This document shows, piece after piece, positions 30,201 to 39,283 of a stretch of 53,955 nt of DNA. Each line of letters begins with the position of its first letter. The stretch's first letter is position 1. The position numbers and the translations under genes were made by a program. The stretch comes from Myxococcales bacterium (GTDB lineage: Bacteria > Myxococcota_A > UBA9042 > JABWCM01 > BTVJ01): positions 1 to 53,955 of the forward strand of contig BTVJ01000048.1 in NCBI GenBank assembly GCA_045863395.1. Direction: 5' to 3'. The notes beneath the pieces were generated by a model that saw nothing but the letters and a program-made list of their open reading frames with translations, did not search any database and was not told where the DNA came from.

Positions 30201-31098
30201 ACTCCACCGCGGCCGTCACGAGGGTGGTGCTCCCCTGGCCGAACACCTTCAGCGCCCACACTCGCGCGCCGGGAGCGACCCCCGGCGCCGCCTCGCCGAA
30301 GGCCACGCCGGCGGCGGTGGCCGCCACGTGGGTCCCGTGCTCGTCGTAGGCGGTGATCTCACCCGTCTCTGGGTCCAGCTTGTTGTAGGACGGCATGGGG
30401 TCCGGGTCCGGCGCCGGCATGTCGTACTGCTGTGCGTCGTAGTCCTCGCCGACGAAGTCCGTGCCCCCCACCACTTTTGGCGTCGGGAACAGGGGTGCTC
30501 CACCGTGGGTGTCGGCGATGGTGGTCGGGTCGTTGGCCTGGTAGGCGGCCGCGGTGCCCGGCCCACCGAAGGCCTGGTGCAGGTAGTCGACGCCGCTGTC
30601 GACGACGCCGATGTCGATGCCGGAGCCGTCCAGGCCGAGGTCGGCTGCCAGCGCGGCGGCGCCGATGAAGGGCACCGTGTGCTCGATGGTGGGGCGCACC
30701 TCCAGCACCGGGCGCACGGCGACGACACCGTCCAGCTCGAGGAGCCGCGAGACGGTGCCCTCGGGCACCCGCACCTGGAGGCCGTTGAGGACCCGCTGGT
30801 AGCGCCACACCACGTCCGCTCCGAGGGTGACCAGCGCCGGCTCCAACGCCGCCTGGCGCGCGGTCAGACGGGCGACCCACTCCTTCTGCTCGGTGCCGCT
30901 CAGATCCCGCCCGGCGGCCCGCTCGGCGGCGAGGCGCACGGCCACGGGCGGGTCGGCCAGCTCCACGAAGACGAAGCGGGGTGCGGCGAGCGCGCCTCCC
31001 GAGAGCAGGCAGGCGGCCGCGATGACGGCGAGCGCCGCCCGCCGCTGCGCCCGAGAGTGGCCTCGGGGGTGTCTGGGAGGTTGAGGTGTCTCGTGCAT
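27226..31098 (-). CDS. S8 subtilisin-like serine protease with I9 propeptide, PA domain and MYXO-CTERM
   Basis: Triad VVDSGVD, EHGTHVA, GTSMASPHVAG; PA domain LVDRGDCTFATK; C-terminal SSSGCGST..WLALAAGLAILGRARRR. Confidence 0.93.
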   Translation of the reverse strand: MHETPQPPRHPRGHSRAQRRAALAVIAAACLLSGGALAAPRFVFVELADPPVAVRLAAERAAGRDLSGTEQKEWVARLTARQAALEPALVTLGADVVWRYQRVLNGLQVRVPEGTVSRLLELDGVVAVRPVLEVRPTIEHTVPFIGAAALAADLGLDGSGIDIGVVDSGVDYLHQAFGGPGTAAAYQANDPTTIADTHGGAPLFPTPKVVGGTDFVGEDYDAQQYDMPAPDPDPMPSYNKLDPETGEITAYDEHGTHVAATAAGVAFGEAAPGVAPGARVWALKVFGQGSTTLVTAAVEWASDPNGDGDLSDALDVLNLSLGSQYGGKAEVTADQLALDAFVDLGGVVVAAAGNEGNIPFIHAAPAVYPTVISVANTYGPGEVGTFVVVEEPEGLAGSFPARQASKQFAPQLAAVGPLTGGLVYAGEGCAKADFPNEVEGAIALVDRGDCTFATKLANAASAGAIGAVVVNNEAGEPIAMSGSPASKIPAVMLWKETGEVIRAAVVGGATVVVTVGAGLPNPLLADAMSWSSSRGPGLAAEGVIAKPDVAAPGTHIRAARAGTGDKLRSKTGTSMASPHVAGLAALLRQAHPDWSPRDIKARLVTTAAPAWVLESPATLAKGPDAPASWAGAGRVDAVAATSGGLIAVGGPSVAVDLGHLAPVGPTTVSRTVQVHNRGSETVTLTATFAWRGAPKAGATVAVEPSVTVEPGTTGTLAVTVALDPTELTPWGLGNRTADAVHVHEAAALGGVEIAGAVVLEGGGELLHVPVYGLVRPSAAVQVTDACLSPGGPKLSLTNVGVVEGWTEQFTLLAEDKDEPALEDSADLRAVGARWTDGSLQLALVTWGLRLHPARAGVQIYLDTTLDGVADFLLAVRFDDWQYGTTATGRPVGVLFALAPGKDPALVDQKYVISDLLTTRLVLTVPLPWLGLSEPGGVRLWVVSASAEGGVDLVPDTLNLTWLGSQQAPLVFGGPCAEWTAEPRGFAVAGPLSVKLGTPPTCADGSAGLLLLHEGAPGLGEADVIHAPSVDVSGLCAKQVSVPIPAGECVAPLALEALGAGTAAVGECALDVAPEALEPTSVGPGKTDVVVRFRDDLGRTHQCTSAVVGVPEELPRVECPVAEPLVRGELPWVGAIEVACGAAVEIVEVACVGAQDVATGCEVWLDGGLRVTYIEEGATEVRVRLVATDSAGQQAEVVCSLPVAVVAEVKPDPPGPSDAGASPDLGSGSAAPDAQAPANTEDATQEEPPQASSSGCGSTPGPSTPWLALAAGLAILGRARRRVTGTCDRTR

Positions 31099-31331
31099 CG
31101 GGTCCTCGGTGGGGTGAGCTGGCACCATACCCGCCAGGGGCGCCCCTCGCAACGAGAGCTGGGCCTGCGTACCAGGACGCTCTGCGGTGAGGCGGCCAAT
31201 CGGACGTGTCGGGTCCGGATCCGCTTGCGCAGGCGAGCCGAATCCGCAAGATTCGAGGTCACCCCCAGCGGGCGAGGGAGTCGGCGCGGAACGTGTCCCC
31301 CGAGGTCCGACCACCGCCAATCGAGTCGAAG

Positions 31332-32846
31332 ATGCGCGTCACGTTCGTCACCACGGGCCTCGAGCACCTTGGGGTCTCCGCCCTCTCGGCGTACCTCCGC
31401 GCCCACGGCCACGACACGTGCCTCGTCTACGAGGCGCGCCCGTTCTCCTCCGGGTCGGGCACCGACGTGCCGGCCCTGGCGCGCCTCCTGGAGCCCGCGC
31501 CCGCCGAGGTGGCCGCGCGGGTGGTGGCCACCCGCCCCGACGTGGTCGCGTTCTCGTCCTACACGGTGACGCACCGGTGGGCGGTCCAGGTGGCCCGCGC
31601 CGTCAAGGCGGCGCTGAAGGTGCCCATCGTCTTTGGGGGCCCCCACGTCGGCGCCGACCCCGCCCACGCGATCACCGAGCCCTCCATCGACGCCGTCGTG
31701 GAGGGGGAGGGGGAGGGCGCCCTCCTCGACCTGGTGGAGTGTGCTGAGCGGGACGGGTTCGGCCGCGACGACATCCCCAACGTGACCACCTCTGGGCCTC
31801 GCGGCGTGCGCCGCAACCCGGTGCGGCCGCTGATCGCCGACCTCGACTCGCTGCCCTTCGCCGACAAGTCGGGCTTCTACGAGGCGGTCCCGGGCTACGA
31901 GCGCGAGTTCTACGTCATCTCCCGGCGCGGGTGCCCCTTCCGCTGCTCTTTTTGCGAGTATTCGTTCTTTCCCCGTCACTATCCCGGTGAGAAGCCGGTC
32001 CGTAGGCGGTCGGTGGACCACCTGCTGCGCGAGGTCTCCACCTGGAAGGCGCGGGGGCGCGTGCGAAAGGTGTTCTTCTGGGACCCCATCTTCACGCTGG
32101 ACCCGCGGTGGGTGGCCGAGCTCGCCGACCGCTGGCCCCGCGAGATCGGTCTGCCGTTCGAGTGCTACACCCACCCGAACGCCATGACCGAGGACATGGC
32201 GGGGCTCCTCGCCCGCGCCGGCTGCATCATGGTGCGCGTGGGGGTCCAGACCGTGAACTCCGACACCCTGGCAGCGGTGGACCGCCGGGGGGACGCGGAG
32301 CGCATCCGCCGCTCCATCGAGGCCCTGGCGGCGGCCGGCATCGAGTACACGGTGGATCACATCATCGGGCTGCCGGGGGAGGGGGCCGCAGACCAGCTCG
32401 CCGCGCTGCGCTTCTACAACGAGGTCCGCCCCATGCGCATCATCGCGCACTGGATGACGTACTTCCCGGGGACCACCGCCTTCGAGCGGGCGCGCGCCGA
32501 AGGGCGCCTCGGCGCTGAGGACGCGCTCCGCATCCTCGACGGAGACATCGGGCCGGGCTACGCCTTCGACGGGAACGTCGCCTACCCGGACCACGATGAC
32601 CTGCGTCGCCTGTCAAACGTCTTCGATCTGCTGCCCCTGCTGCCCCCGTCCGCCGTATCGTGGATGCTCGACTCGGGGGCCTGGCGCAACCTCCCCACGT
32701 CGAGCGTCTTGCGCCAGGTGGGGGTGGCAGGCCTGGCGCTGCGCGGCGACGAGGCTACCCGGGAGCGGGTCCTGCACATCTTCGCGTCGGTGGTCGAGGA
32801 GCTGCGCAGCGCCGTGGCGCGCCGTGCGCGGCGGAGGGCCGCGTGA
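31332..32846 (+). CDS. Cobalamin-binding radical SAM protein
   Basis: EHLGV..LSAYL, PIVFGGPH, VEGEGE, SRRGCPFRCSFC, IIGLPGE. Confidence 0.92.
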   Translation: MRVTFVTTGLEHLGVSALSAYLRAHGHDTCLVYEARPFSSGSGTDVPALARLLEPAPAEVAARVVATRPDVVAFSSYTVTHRWAVQVARAVKAALKVPIVFGGPHVGADPAHAITEPSIDAVVEGEGEGALLDLVECAERDGFGRDDIPNVTTSGPRGVRRNPVRPLIADLDSLPFADKSGFYEAVPGYEREFYVISRRGCPFRCSFCEYSFFPRHYPGEKPVRRRSVDHLLREVSTWKARGRVRKVFFWDPIFTLDPRWVAELADRWPREIGLPFECYTHPNAMTEDMAGLLARAGCIMVRVGVQTVNSDTLAAVDRRGDAERIRRSIEALAAAGIEYTVDHIIGLPGEGAADQLAALRFYNEVRPMRIIAHWMTYFPGTTAFERARAEGRLGAEDALRILDGDIGPGYAFDGNVAYPDHDDLRRLSNVFDLLPLLPPSAVSWMLDSGAWRNLPTSSVLRQVGVAGLALRGDEATRERVLHIFASVVEELRSAVARRARRRAA

Positions 32847-33934
32847 CCGCCCGACGCGCCGACTGGCTCGCCTACGTGTGGGGCAGCGTCCCGGGGGCGG
32901 CCGCGGCCTTTGCGGCGGGCGCCGGCCTGCTGCCCCAGGGGGCCGCCATCGCACTCCTCGCGGTGAGCTTCGTCGGGTTGAACGTGGCGCACATGGCGGC
33001 TACGTGGTCGCGGGTCTGGCTCGACCCGGCGGGCTGGCGCTCGCACCCCCTGGAGCGCCTCGCCGTGCCGGCTCTGCTCCTCCTGGTCCCCGTCGCTCTG
33101 GAGGCCGTCGGGTACGGGGCGGCGCTGCTCGGCCTCCAGTACTACCTGAGCGCCCACCACGCCTCCATGCAGAACTACGGCATCCTGCGCTGGTCCCAGC
33201 GGCGCACGGGTCGAGCCGTCGGAGGGTCGCTCCGCCTGGACCAGGCGGCCTGCCTGCTCCCGATCCTCGGGGCGGTCACGTGGCGCGCCAGCGTCGTCGC
33301 CCACGAGTACGGCACCGCCCCGCTCTGGGCGCCGCCCGTCGAGCTCGCCGCCGCGGTGCTTGCTGCGGGGGTGACCGCGCTCGTCGCCTGGCTCGCGCGG
33401 GAGCTCCTGGCGTGGCGCGCCGGGCAGCCCTTGGACTCACTCGGTATCGGCGTCGTCGTCGCCCACGGCGCCATCTGGGGCGGGCTCATCCTGAGTCTGT
33501 CGCACCCGATGATCCCGCTCTACGCGCTGGCGAGCGGCCACTACGTGCAGTACCTGACCTTCGTCTGGCGCGTGGAGGCGGCTCGCCCCGGCCTCGGCGC
33601 GATCCCGTCCCCGGTGCGGCGCCTCCTCTCCCCGCCCGCGCGCCTGCGCTGGCTCCTCGGGATGGTCGCCATCGGGGGCGGCGGCGTGCTCGCGCTCACG
33701 TTCCTGTCGGTGGGGCTCCGCGCCCTGGCCGAGAGCGGGGGTCTTCGCGGCGCTGCGCTGGACATCCCTCCGTGGGCGGCGGCGATGCTCGGCGTGAACC
33801 TCTCCCACTACTGGCTCGACCACCGCATCTGGCGGGCGCCCGCTCACGGCGCCAGCTCCGATGCGGAGCTGCCCGGCGGGACGCTGCGCCCCATCACGGG
33901 GTCGGGCCCCAGCGCCGGACTGCGGGGCCCTTGA
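32843..33934 (+). CDS. Polytopic membrane protein with His motifs (possible di-metal enzyme)
   Basis: GTGA overlap with the rSAM stop; AHMAAT, HHASMQNYG, HYVQYL, HYWLDHRIW among TM helices. Confidence 0.78.
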   Translation: MTARRADWLAYVWGSVPGAAAAFAAGAGLLPQGAAIALLAVSFVGLNVAHMAATWSRVWLDPAGWRSHPLERLAVPALLLLVPVALEAVGYGAALLGLQYYLSAHHASMQNYGILRWSQRRTGRAVGGSLRLDQAACLLPILGAVTWRASVVAHEYGTAPLWAPPVELAAAVLAAGVTALVAWLARELLAWRAGQPLDSLGIGVVVAHGAIWGGLILSLSHPMIPLYALASGHYVQYLTFVWRVEAARPGLGAIPSPVRRLLSPPARLRWLLGMVAIGGGGVLALTFLSVGLRALAESGGLRGAALDIPPWAAAMLGVNLSHYWLDHRIWRAPAHGASSDAELPGGTLRPITGSGPSAGLRGP

Positions 33935-33995
33935 CACGAGACACCGGCCGGGTTGACCTTCACGCCACCCGGGAGACCTCGGAGGGAGGTGCGCG

Positions 33996-34757
33996 ATGCG
34001 ACGATGGATGGCGTTGGTGCTGCTGGTGGCGTGTGACGCCGGCACGGAAGGTTCGACCGTCGCGGTGGATGGGGTAGCCTCGGCGGCCGACGCGGGGGCC
34101 GATCCCGCCGCGCACGACACGCTTGCCGCCGCCGACTCTGCCCTCCCACGGGGGAGCCTGGACGCGGGGTGGGGAGGCGACGGAGGAGCCCAGCAGAGCG
34201 ATGCTGCCCAGGCGGCCGAGGCCGGAGCGGCCGACACGGGGGGGCTCGCTGACGGGTCCGTCTGGTCGCCCGACGCCGGCGCGTCGCCCTCCGACGCAGG
34301 GCCCGTGGCGCCCGGCCTGGACGTCTGGCCGGTCACGGACGCCGGCCCTACCGGCGGCCACACCACGCCCGACGCGCTCGCGGCAGCCGACGCGGGTCCC
34401 GCCCCGGGCGACGCGGCGGCCGATGTGTCCTGGGCGCCGCCCGGTGAAGAGACCACCAAGGCCCTGTTGATCGGCCGATGGCAGATGGTGGCCGTCGCGG
34501 ACAGCGGCAACCCCAAGGAGCCGGTGCCGCCCGGCGCCCAGTTCTTCGCGTTCCGGTCGGATCAGACCCTCGCGTCGACCTGCGAGGCTCCGGGCGGGGC
34601 CCCATGGACCCTGTCGGCGGACGGCGCCGTCCTCTCCGTGTGGTTCAGCCCCGACGCGGCGATCGAGTGGACGATCCTCCTCCTGACGGCGCAGGAGTTC
34701 GTCTTCTACGAGGGGGGGGACGTCTTCTACCACGAGCGCACCGAGGACTGCCCCTGA
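33996..34757 (+). CDS. Lipoprotein with low-complexity linker and lipocalin-like C-terminal domain
   Basis: GGAGG RBS; LLVA-C; LLIGRWQMV followed by a beta-rich domain. Confidence 0.72.
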   Translation: MRRWMALVLLVACDAGTEGSTVAVDGVASAADAGADPAAHDTLAAADSALPRGSLDAGWGGDGGAQQSDAAQAAEAGAADTGGLADGSVWSPDAGASPSDAGPVAPGLDVWPVTDAGPTGGHTTPDALAAADAGPAPGDAAADVSWAPPGEETTKALLIGRWQMVAVADSGNPKEPVPPGAQFFAFRSDQTLASTCEAPGGAPWTLSADGAVLSVWFSPDAAIEWTILLLTAQEFVFYEGGDVFYHERTEDCP

Positions 34758-34887
34758 CCCACCTGGAGTGCCTCCCGTCCCGCGCATTCGGGTCGGAGGC
34801 GCGCCTGCGTGCGGCCGTCCTGGGCCGGTGAAGCGCGCCTCGGACTCGGCGATTCGCTATACTGGTCGTTCACGCGTGGAGGACGGG

Positions 34888-36603
34888 ATGGCGCGGAGAT
34901 GCCTGGCAGGTGTGACGGGACTGGCCATGGCCCTCGCCTGGGGCTGCGGGGATGACGCGGGAGCCTCGGCCGACGCGGCAGCAGTGGCCCCACCGGATGT
35001 GGGCGAGGCGCTCGACGTGGCTGGCGAGGACTCTGCGGCCGATGCGCTCGCTGCGGTCGACGGCGGGAGCAGTGCCGACGCCGTGGCGCCGGACACCGAT
35101 CTCCCAGACGTGGGACCGCGCTTGACCCCCGATGCGGTCGCCACGCCCGACGCCGGCCCATCCTTCCCGGAGCCGCCAGACCTCGCCGCGCGTGGGTGGC
35201 TGGAGGCCCGCTCCATCCTGCACCTGCACAGCGCGTACTCGAAGGACGGCTGCGACGACGCCGGCCTCGACGAGCAGGGCAACCCGAACGCCGCGTGCGT
35301 GGCCCGCCTGCGGGCGAGCATCTGCCAGGAGAGGCTCGACTACGTGTTCCTGTCCGATCACCCGTCGCACATGAAGGACCACCCGTTCGAGGCGCTGCTC
35401 TACTACGACGCCGCGGCCGGCGACGAGCTCGTCGCGGGTCCGCACGGCCCCTGGGTCAACCGCCTCCAGTGCGCCGGTGGCCACGTCGCGCGGCTGTTCG
35501 TCGGCTACGAGGCGACCCACACGATGCCGCTCGGCCTCGAGCGCCACCTGGAGCCGCTGGAGCTCACGAAGACGAACATCTCCACCGACAAGGGCGACGA
35601 CGACCTCGCCGCGCAGCAGGAGGCGGTCGCCGCGGCGAAGGCGGCGGGCGGCGCGGTCTTCATCGCCCACACGGAGGAGGGCAACATCCCCCTCGAGCGC
35701 CTCCTGGCCCTGCCGCTCGACGGCATGGAGATCTACAACCTCCACGCGAACTTCCTGACGTCCTTCACGGTGGGCTTCGACCGCCTGCTCTCGCTGGAGC
35801 CGTGGCTGGTGGAGGGCGCTGGCGTCAAGCCGGCAGCGGACCTGGCGCTGCTCGCCATCCTCGACCTCTACCCGGAGAAGGCCCTCGACAAGTGGCGCCG
35901 CGTCACGGCCGTGCGCCGGGCGACCGCCATCGCCGGCACCGACCTGCACGAGAACGTGAACCTCGACAACCTGTGCGGCCCAGGCGCCACCTTCCAGCTC
36001 CTGTGCGAGGGCCTGAAGGCCGACTACCCGTCCCTCGTGGCCCTGCTCGAGAAGGGCGGCCCCGTCATCCTGCCGGACGGCGAGCGGCTCGACGCCTACG
36101 AGCGCGGCTTCCGCTGGATGCACAACCGCCTGCTCGTCCCGGACCTGACCGACGAGGCGGCTCGCGAGGCGCTGCTCGAGGGCCGCAGCCTCGTGATCTT
36201 CACCCTGCTCGGCGATGCCTCGGTGGACCTCGTCGCGTCGGGGGTGGCGGTGACCGAGGTGGGCGGCGAGGTGCCCCTCGGCGCCGTGGACGCCCTCTGG
36301 GTGCGGCTGCCCGGCCAGCCCGAGCCCGGCGCTGGGGCCACCTGGACGGCCGCCGACGTGGCAGCCAGCCCCCCGGCCCTGCGCGCCGTCCTCTGGCGCT
36401 CCACCGAGGAGGAGACCACGGCAGTTGCCGAGTGGACCACCTTCGGCGAGACCCACGCGCTCGTCCCGCCGGGCCCGGGCGCCTACCACCTCGAGGTCTC
36501 TCTGACGCCGCGTCACCTATCAATCGTACTTCCAGACGCTGAAATCCTGGCCGAGAAGGAGTATCGCTGGATCGAGACGAACGCGATCCGCGTCCTGCCC
36601 TGA
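34888..36603 (+). CDS. PHP-family metallohydrolase lipoprotein
   Basis: GGAGG RBS; TATACT at 34858; LAWG-C; HLHSAYSKD, SDH, IAH, MEIYNLH, GTDLHEN. Confidence 0.82.
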   Translation: MARRCLAGVTGLAMALAWGCGDDAGASADAAAVAPPDVGEALDVAGEDSAADALAAVDGGSSADAVAPDTDLPDVGPRLTPDAVATPDAGPSFPEPPDLAARGWLEARSILHLHSAYSKDGCDDAGLDEQGNPNAACVARLRASICQERLDYVFLSDHPSHMKDHPFEALLYYDAAAGDELVAGPHGPWVNRLQCAGGHVARLFVGYEATHTMPLGLERHLEPLELTKTNISTDKGDDDLAAQQEAVAAAKAAGGAVFIAHTEEGNIPLERLLALPLDGMEIYNLHANFLTSFTVGFDRLLSLEPWLVEGAGVKPAADLALLAILDLYPEKALDKWRRVTAVRRATAIAGTDLHENVNLDNLCGPGATFQLLCEGLKADYPSLVALLEKGGPVILPDGERLDAYERGFRWMHNRLLVPDLTDEAAREALLEGRSLVIFTLLGDASVDLVASGVAVTEVGGEVPLGAVDALWVRLPGQPEPGAGATWTAADVAASPPALRAVLWRSTEEETTAVAEWTTFGETHALVPPGPGAYHLEVSLTPRHLSIVLPDAEILAEKEYRWIETNAIRVLP

Positions 36604-36663
36604 TGGGCAGCCGGGTCGCAGTGCCTGGCTCTGGCCTCCACGTTGGGTTGCGTACCGCTCCCG

Positions 36664-38064
36664 TCAGGCGCTGTCCTCGAACATGCGAAGCCACTTCCAC
36701 AGGGTGACCCGGCTGACGCCCAGCCTCCGCGCGGCCTCTGCCCGGACACCGCGAGACTCACGGAGCACCTGCTCCACCGTCTCGCGCGATGGTCGCCGCT
36801 GTGGCCCCACGGGTGACCTCGCATCCTCTCGCCCCTTCTGGAGCTGGGGCGGGAGGTGCTCCACGTCGATGCGCTCGCAGTCGCAGACCGCCAACGCGTA
36901 CTCCAGGGCGTGGGCCAGCTCCCGGACGTTGCCCGTCCACGGGTGGCGCATGAGGCGCTCCATGGCGGCGGGCGAGAGGCCTCGGACTCGCTCCTGGACC
37001 TCGTGGACCCGCAGGAAGTGGTCCACCAGCAGCGGGATGTCGGAGAGGCGCTCGCGCAGGGGCGGGATCGTGACCGAGATGAGCGCGAGGCGGTCGGTGC
37101 AGTCACGGCGGAGGCGCTCCTCGTCGCAGAGGCGCTGAAGGTCCACGTGGGTGGCGGCGATGACACGGGTGTCCACCCGGATGGGGCTGTCGCCCGCGCC
37201 CTCCGCCTCGCAGTCCTGGAGTACGCGGAGGAGCTTCTTCTGCACCTGCGGCGAGACATCGCCGATCTCGTCGAGGAAGAGGGTCCCGCCGCTGGCCGCC
37301 TCGAAGCGCCCCCTCCGGGTGGTCGCCGCGCCGGTGGAGGCGCCGGGGCCGTGCCCGAACAGCTCACCCTCCAGCAGCGACTCCGACAGCGCGGCGCAGG
37401 AGACGCGGATGAAGGGCCCGTCCTTCCTGTCGCTCTCGTGGTGGATGGCGTGGGCGACCAGCTCCTTGCCCGTGCCCGTCTCCCCCAGGATCAGGACGGG
37501 CGACGCGGTCCTCGCCGCCGTGCCGACCATGTCGTAGAGGCGCCGCATGGCCGGGTGGGCGCCGACGAGGCCGTGGAAGGAGCGGTCGCCCTGACCGCGG
37601 CGGAGGCGCACGAGCTCGCTCTCGAGCTCCAGCAGCCGGCGGATGTCCGTGACCACCTCGATGCCGCCGAGGAGCTCTCCCCCGGCGGAGTGGAGCAGGC
37701 GTGCGTTCTTGTGGACGGGCAGGACCGTGCCATCCCGATGGACCAACGTACAGCGCCTGCCGCGGATCGGCTCGCCGGCGAACAGGTGACAGCGGCCCAT
37801 CCCCATACCGCGGGGCCCCCCGAGGCAGGAGTCGCCCGCCAGGCGCGAGCAGGGCATGCCGAGCACCTCGCTGGCGGCGTAACCGGTGAGCTGCTCCATC
37901 GCGCGGTTCCACGACGTGATGCGCCCCCTCGGGTCCACGGTGAACAGGCCCCCGGGCATGGTGTCCAGGGTGGACTCCAGGAGAGTCTCGGCTCCCATGG
38001 TGTCGAGGGCCCCGTCGACGGTGGGCGCCGCCGTCTCGAACCGCGGCTGTGCCAGGCTCCCCAT
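36664..38064 (-). CDS. PAS + AAA+ + Fis-HTH regulator with GASTGA variant
   Basis: GRITSWNRAMEQLTGY (PAS), GETGTGKE, LFLDEIGD, PPLRER, WTGNVREL, AARRLGVSRVTLW. Confidence 0.9.
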   Translation of the reverse strand: MGSLAQPRFETAAPTVDGALDTMGAETLLESTLDTMPGGLFTVDPRGRITSWNRAMEQLTGYAASEVLGMPCSRLAGDSCLGGPRGMGMGRCHLFAGEPIRGRRCTLVHRDGTVLPVHKNARLLHSAGGELLGGIEVVTDIRRLLELESELVRLRRGQGDRSFHGLVGAHPAMRRLYDMVGTAARTASPVLILGETGTGKELVAHAIHHESDRKDGPFIRVSCAALSESLLEGELFGHGPGASTGAATTRRGRFEAASGGTLFLDEIGDVSPQVQKKLLRVLQDCEAEGAGDSPIRVDTRVIAATHVDLQRLCDEERLRRDCTDRLALISVTIPPLRERLSDIPLLVDHFLRVHEVQERVRGLSPAAMERLMRHPWTGNVRELAHALEYALAVCDCERIDVEHLPPQLQKGREDARSPVGPQRRPSRETVEQVLRESRGVRAEAARRLGVSRVTLWKWLRMFEDSA

Positions 38065-38256
38065 GTCGCCACCTTCCTTCCCCCCGGGTGCGCGCACATC
38101 TTAGGGCCCTGACAGCCGTTCATGAAACCGTCAACCGACAACGTCAATCAATGGCGTTACAACGCGTCGACACCGTGTCCCTCGGCTGGTCCTACGCCCC
38201 CATGAGGGTCGGCGGCCAGAACGCCACGCCTCGAGGTCAGCGAGACGTCGGGCAGA

Positions 38257-38847
38257 TCAGCGCCGCGCCGAGTCCGCGCGGGCGGCTGGATCCACTCCGG
38301 CTGCCCGCAGCGCCTCGCGCACCTCCTTGCGGCTGGCGCCCAGCTCCTCCGCCAGGTCGCGGGTGGAGGTGCCGGCAACCCACGCCTCGGCGAGCGCCTC
38401 CAGGACCTCCGGGGTCTGCGGGATGCGGGGCCCCTCGTAGTCACGGGGTGGGAGCGGCCGGTCCCCCTTGCGCACGCGCCGGTTGCGCCGGTTGCTCTTC
38501 TTTCGGGTCGGCAACTGACGCGCTGGGAGCTCGCGCTCGGCCACTCCGAGCGCCAGGAGGCGTCGTCTGACCGCCGCCGCCGGGACGCCGTGTCGCCCCC
38601 CCAGTGACCCCAGTGTCTCGCCGGTGCGCCACCCCACCAGCAGCTCCGCGTTGATCTCCGGCGTGTCGGGCAGCGCCCTCAGGCGGCCTGTACGCCGGAT
38701 CGTCACTCCCGCCTCCAGGAGCCCCCCTCGCACCTCCTCCACGCTCATCGCGAACAGGGAGGCCAGGTCCCGCATGCTCGCCCCCACCTCGTACTCCTCC
38801 ACCAGCGCCGCGACCGTGGGGTCCACCGCTCTGCCCGAATTGCCCAT
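38257..38847 (-). CDS. Protein with three tandem HTH-like motifs
   Basis: GASMRDLA..VR..L..AGV, GETLGSLG..VRRRL..LGV, GTSTRDLA..VREAL..AGV; GGAGG RBS. Confidence 0.7.
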   Translation of the reverse strand: MGNSGRAVDPTVAALVEEYEVGASMRDLASLFAMSVEEVRGGLLEAGVTIRRTGRLRALPDTPEINAELLVGWRTGETLGSLGGRHGVPAAAVRRRLLALGVAERELPARQLPTRKKSNRRNRRVRKGDRPLPPRDYEGPRIPQTPEVLEALAEAWVAGTSTRDLAEELGASRKEVREALRAAGVDPAARADSARR

Positions 38848-39049
38848 GTCATCCTCCCTGTGGAACGGACGCGCCCCCCGTCGGGCCGCCCCGCGTCGTG
38901 CCTACCGGGGCAGTTGTGCCACCGCGGGGGCGCGCCTGCAACCCCGATTGCGACGCGATCTCCGTCCACGTCACGCAAGCCCTCGAGCGATGGGCGGCGC
39001 CTGCTCCGACCCTGCTCGGCGCCACGGCCCCCCCCCCCGAGTTCCGTTG

Positions 39050-39100
39050 ATGCAAGCCACCATGGACATTGCGGATGATGTGCTCCCGGCCGCGCGCACC
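39050..39100 (+). pseudogene. Possible remnant of a CopG/VapB-type antitoxin N-terminus
   Basis: MQATMDIADDVLPAAR resembles the MRTTLDIxDDVLxAAK pattern; similarity is lost afterwards. Confidence 0.3.
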
Positions 39101-39156
39101 TCCTCGGGTAGGGGAGCTCCCGCCTGCGCCGAGCCTGCGGTTCTCCTCTCTACCCC

Positions 39157-39185
39157 TTGCCACGCCCGAGCCTCCGATCCATAAT
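39157..39185 (+). promoter_or_regulatory. Sigma70-like promoter of the giant Cys-rich gene
   Basis: TTGCCA-N17-CATAAT. Confidence 0.6.
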
Positions 39186-39283
39186 CCGCCTCATTGCGTT
39201 ACTGACAAAGCCCCCTGCGTAGGGTCGTGCCATCTGGGGCGGGGACCGCAGTGGAGGGAGCACTTCGGGTTGAGGTGTGCTGC

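Noticed and set aside
31120..31136. Sigma54 promoter before the radical SAM gene
   Set aside because: TGGCAC is present but the -12 position reads CCGC, and it lies about 200 bp from the start.
38110..38135. Palindromic operator around TTCATGAA
   Set aside because: Flanking arms are out of register; too weak to call.
39192..39260. ZTP or c-di-GMP riboswitch
   Set aside because: Required conserved elements (CGCCTGGG; GGCAAAC..GACGCAAAGC) are missing; kept only as a generic structured leader.
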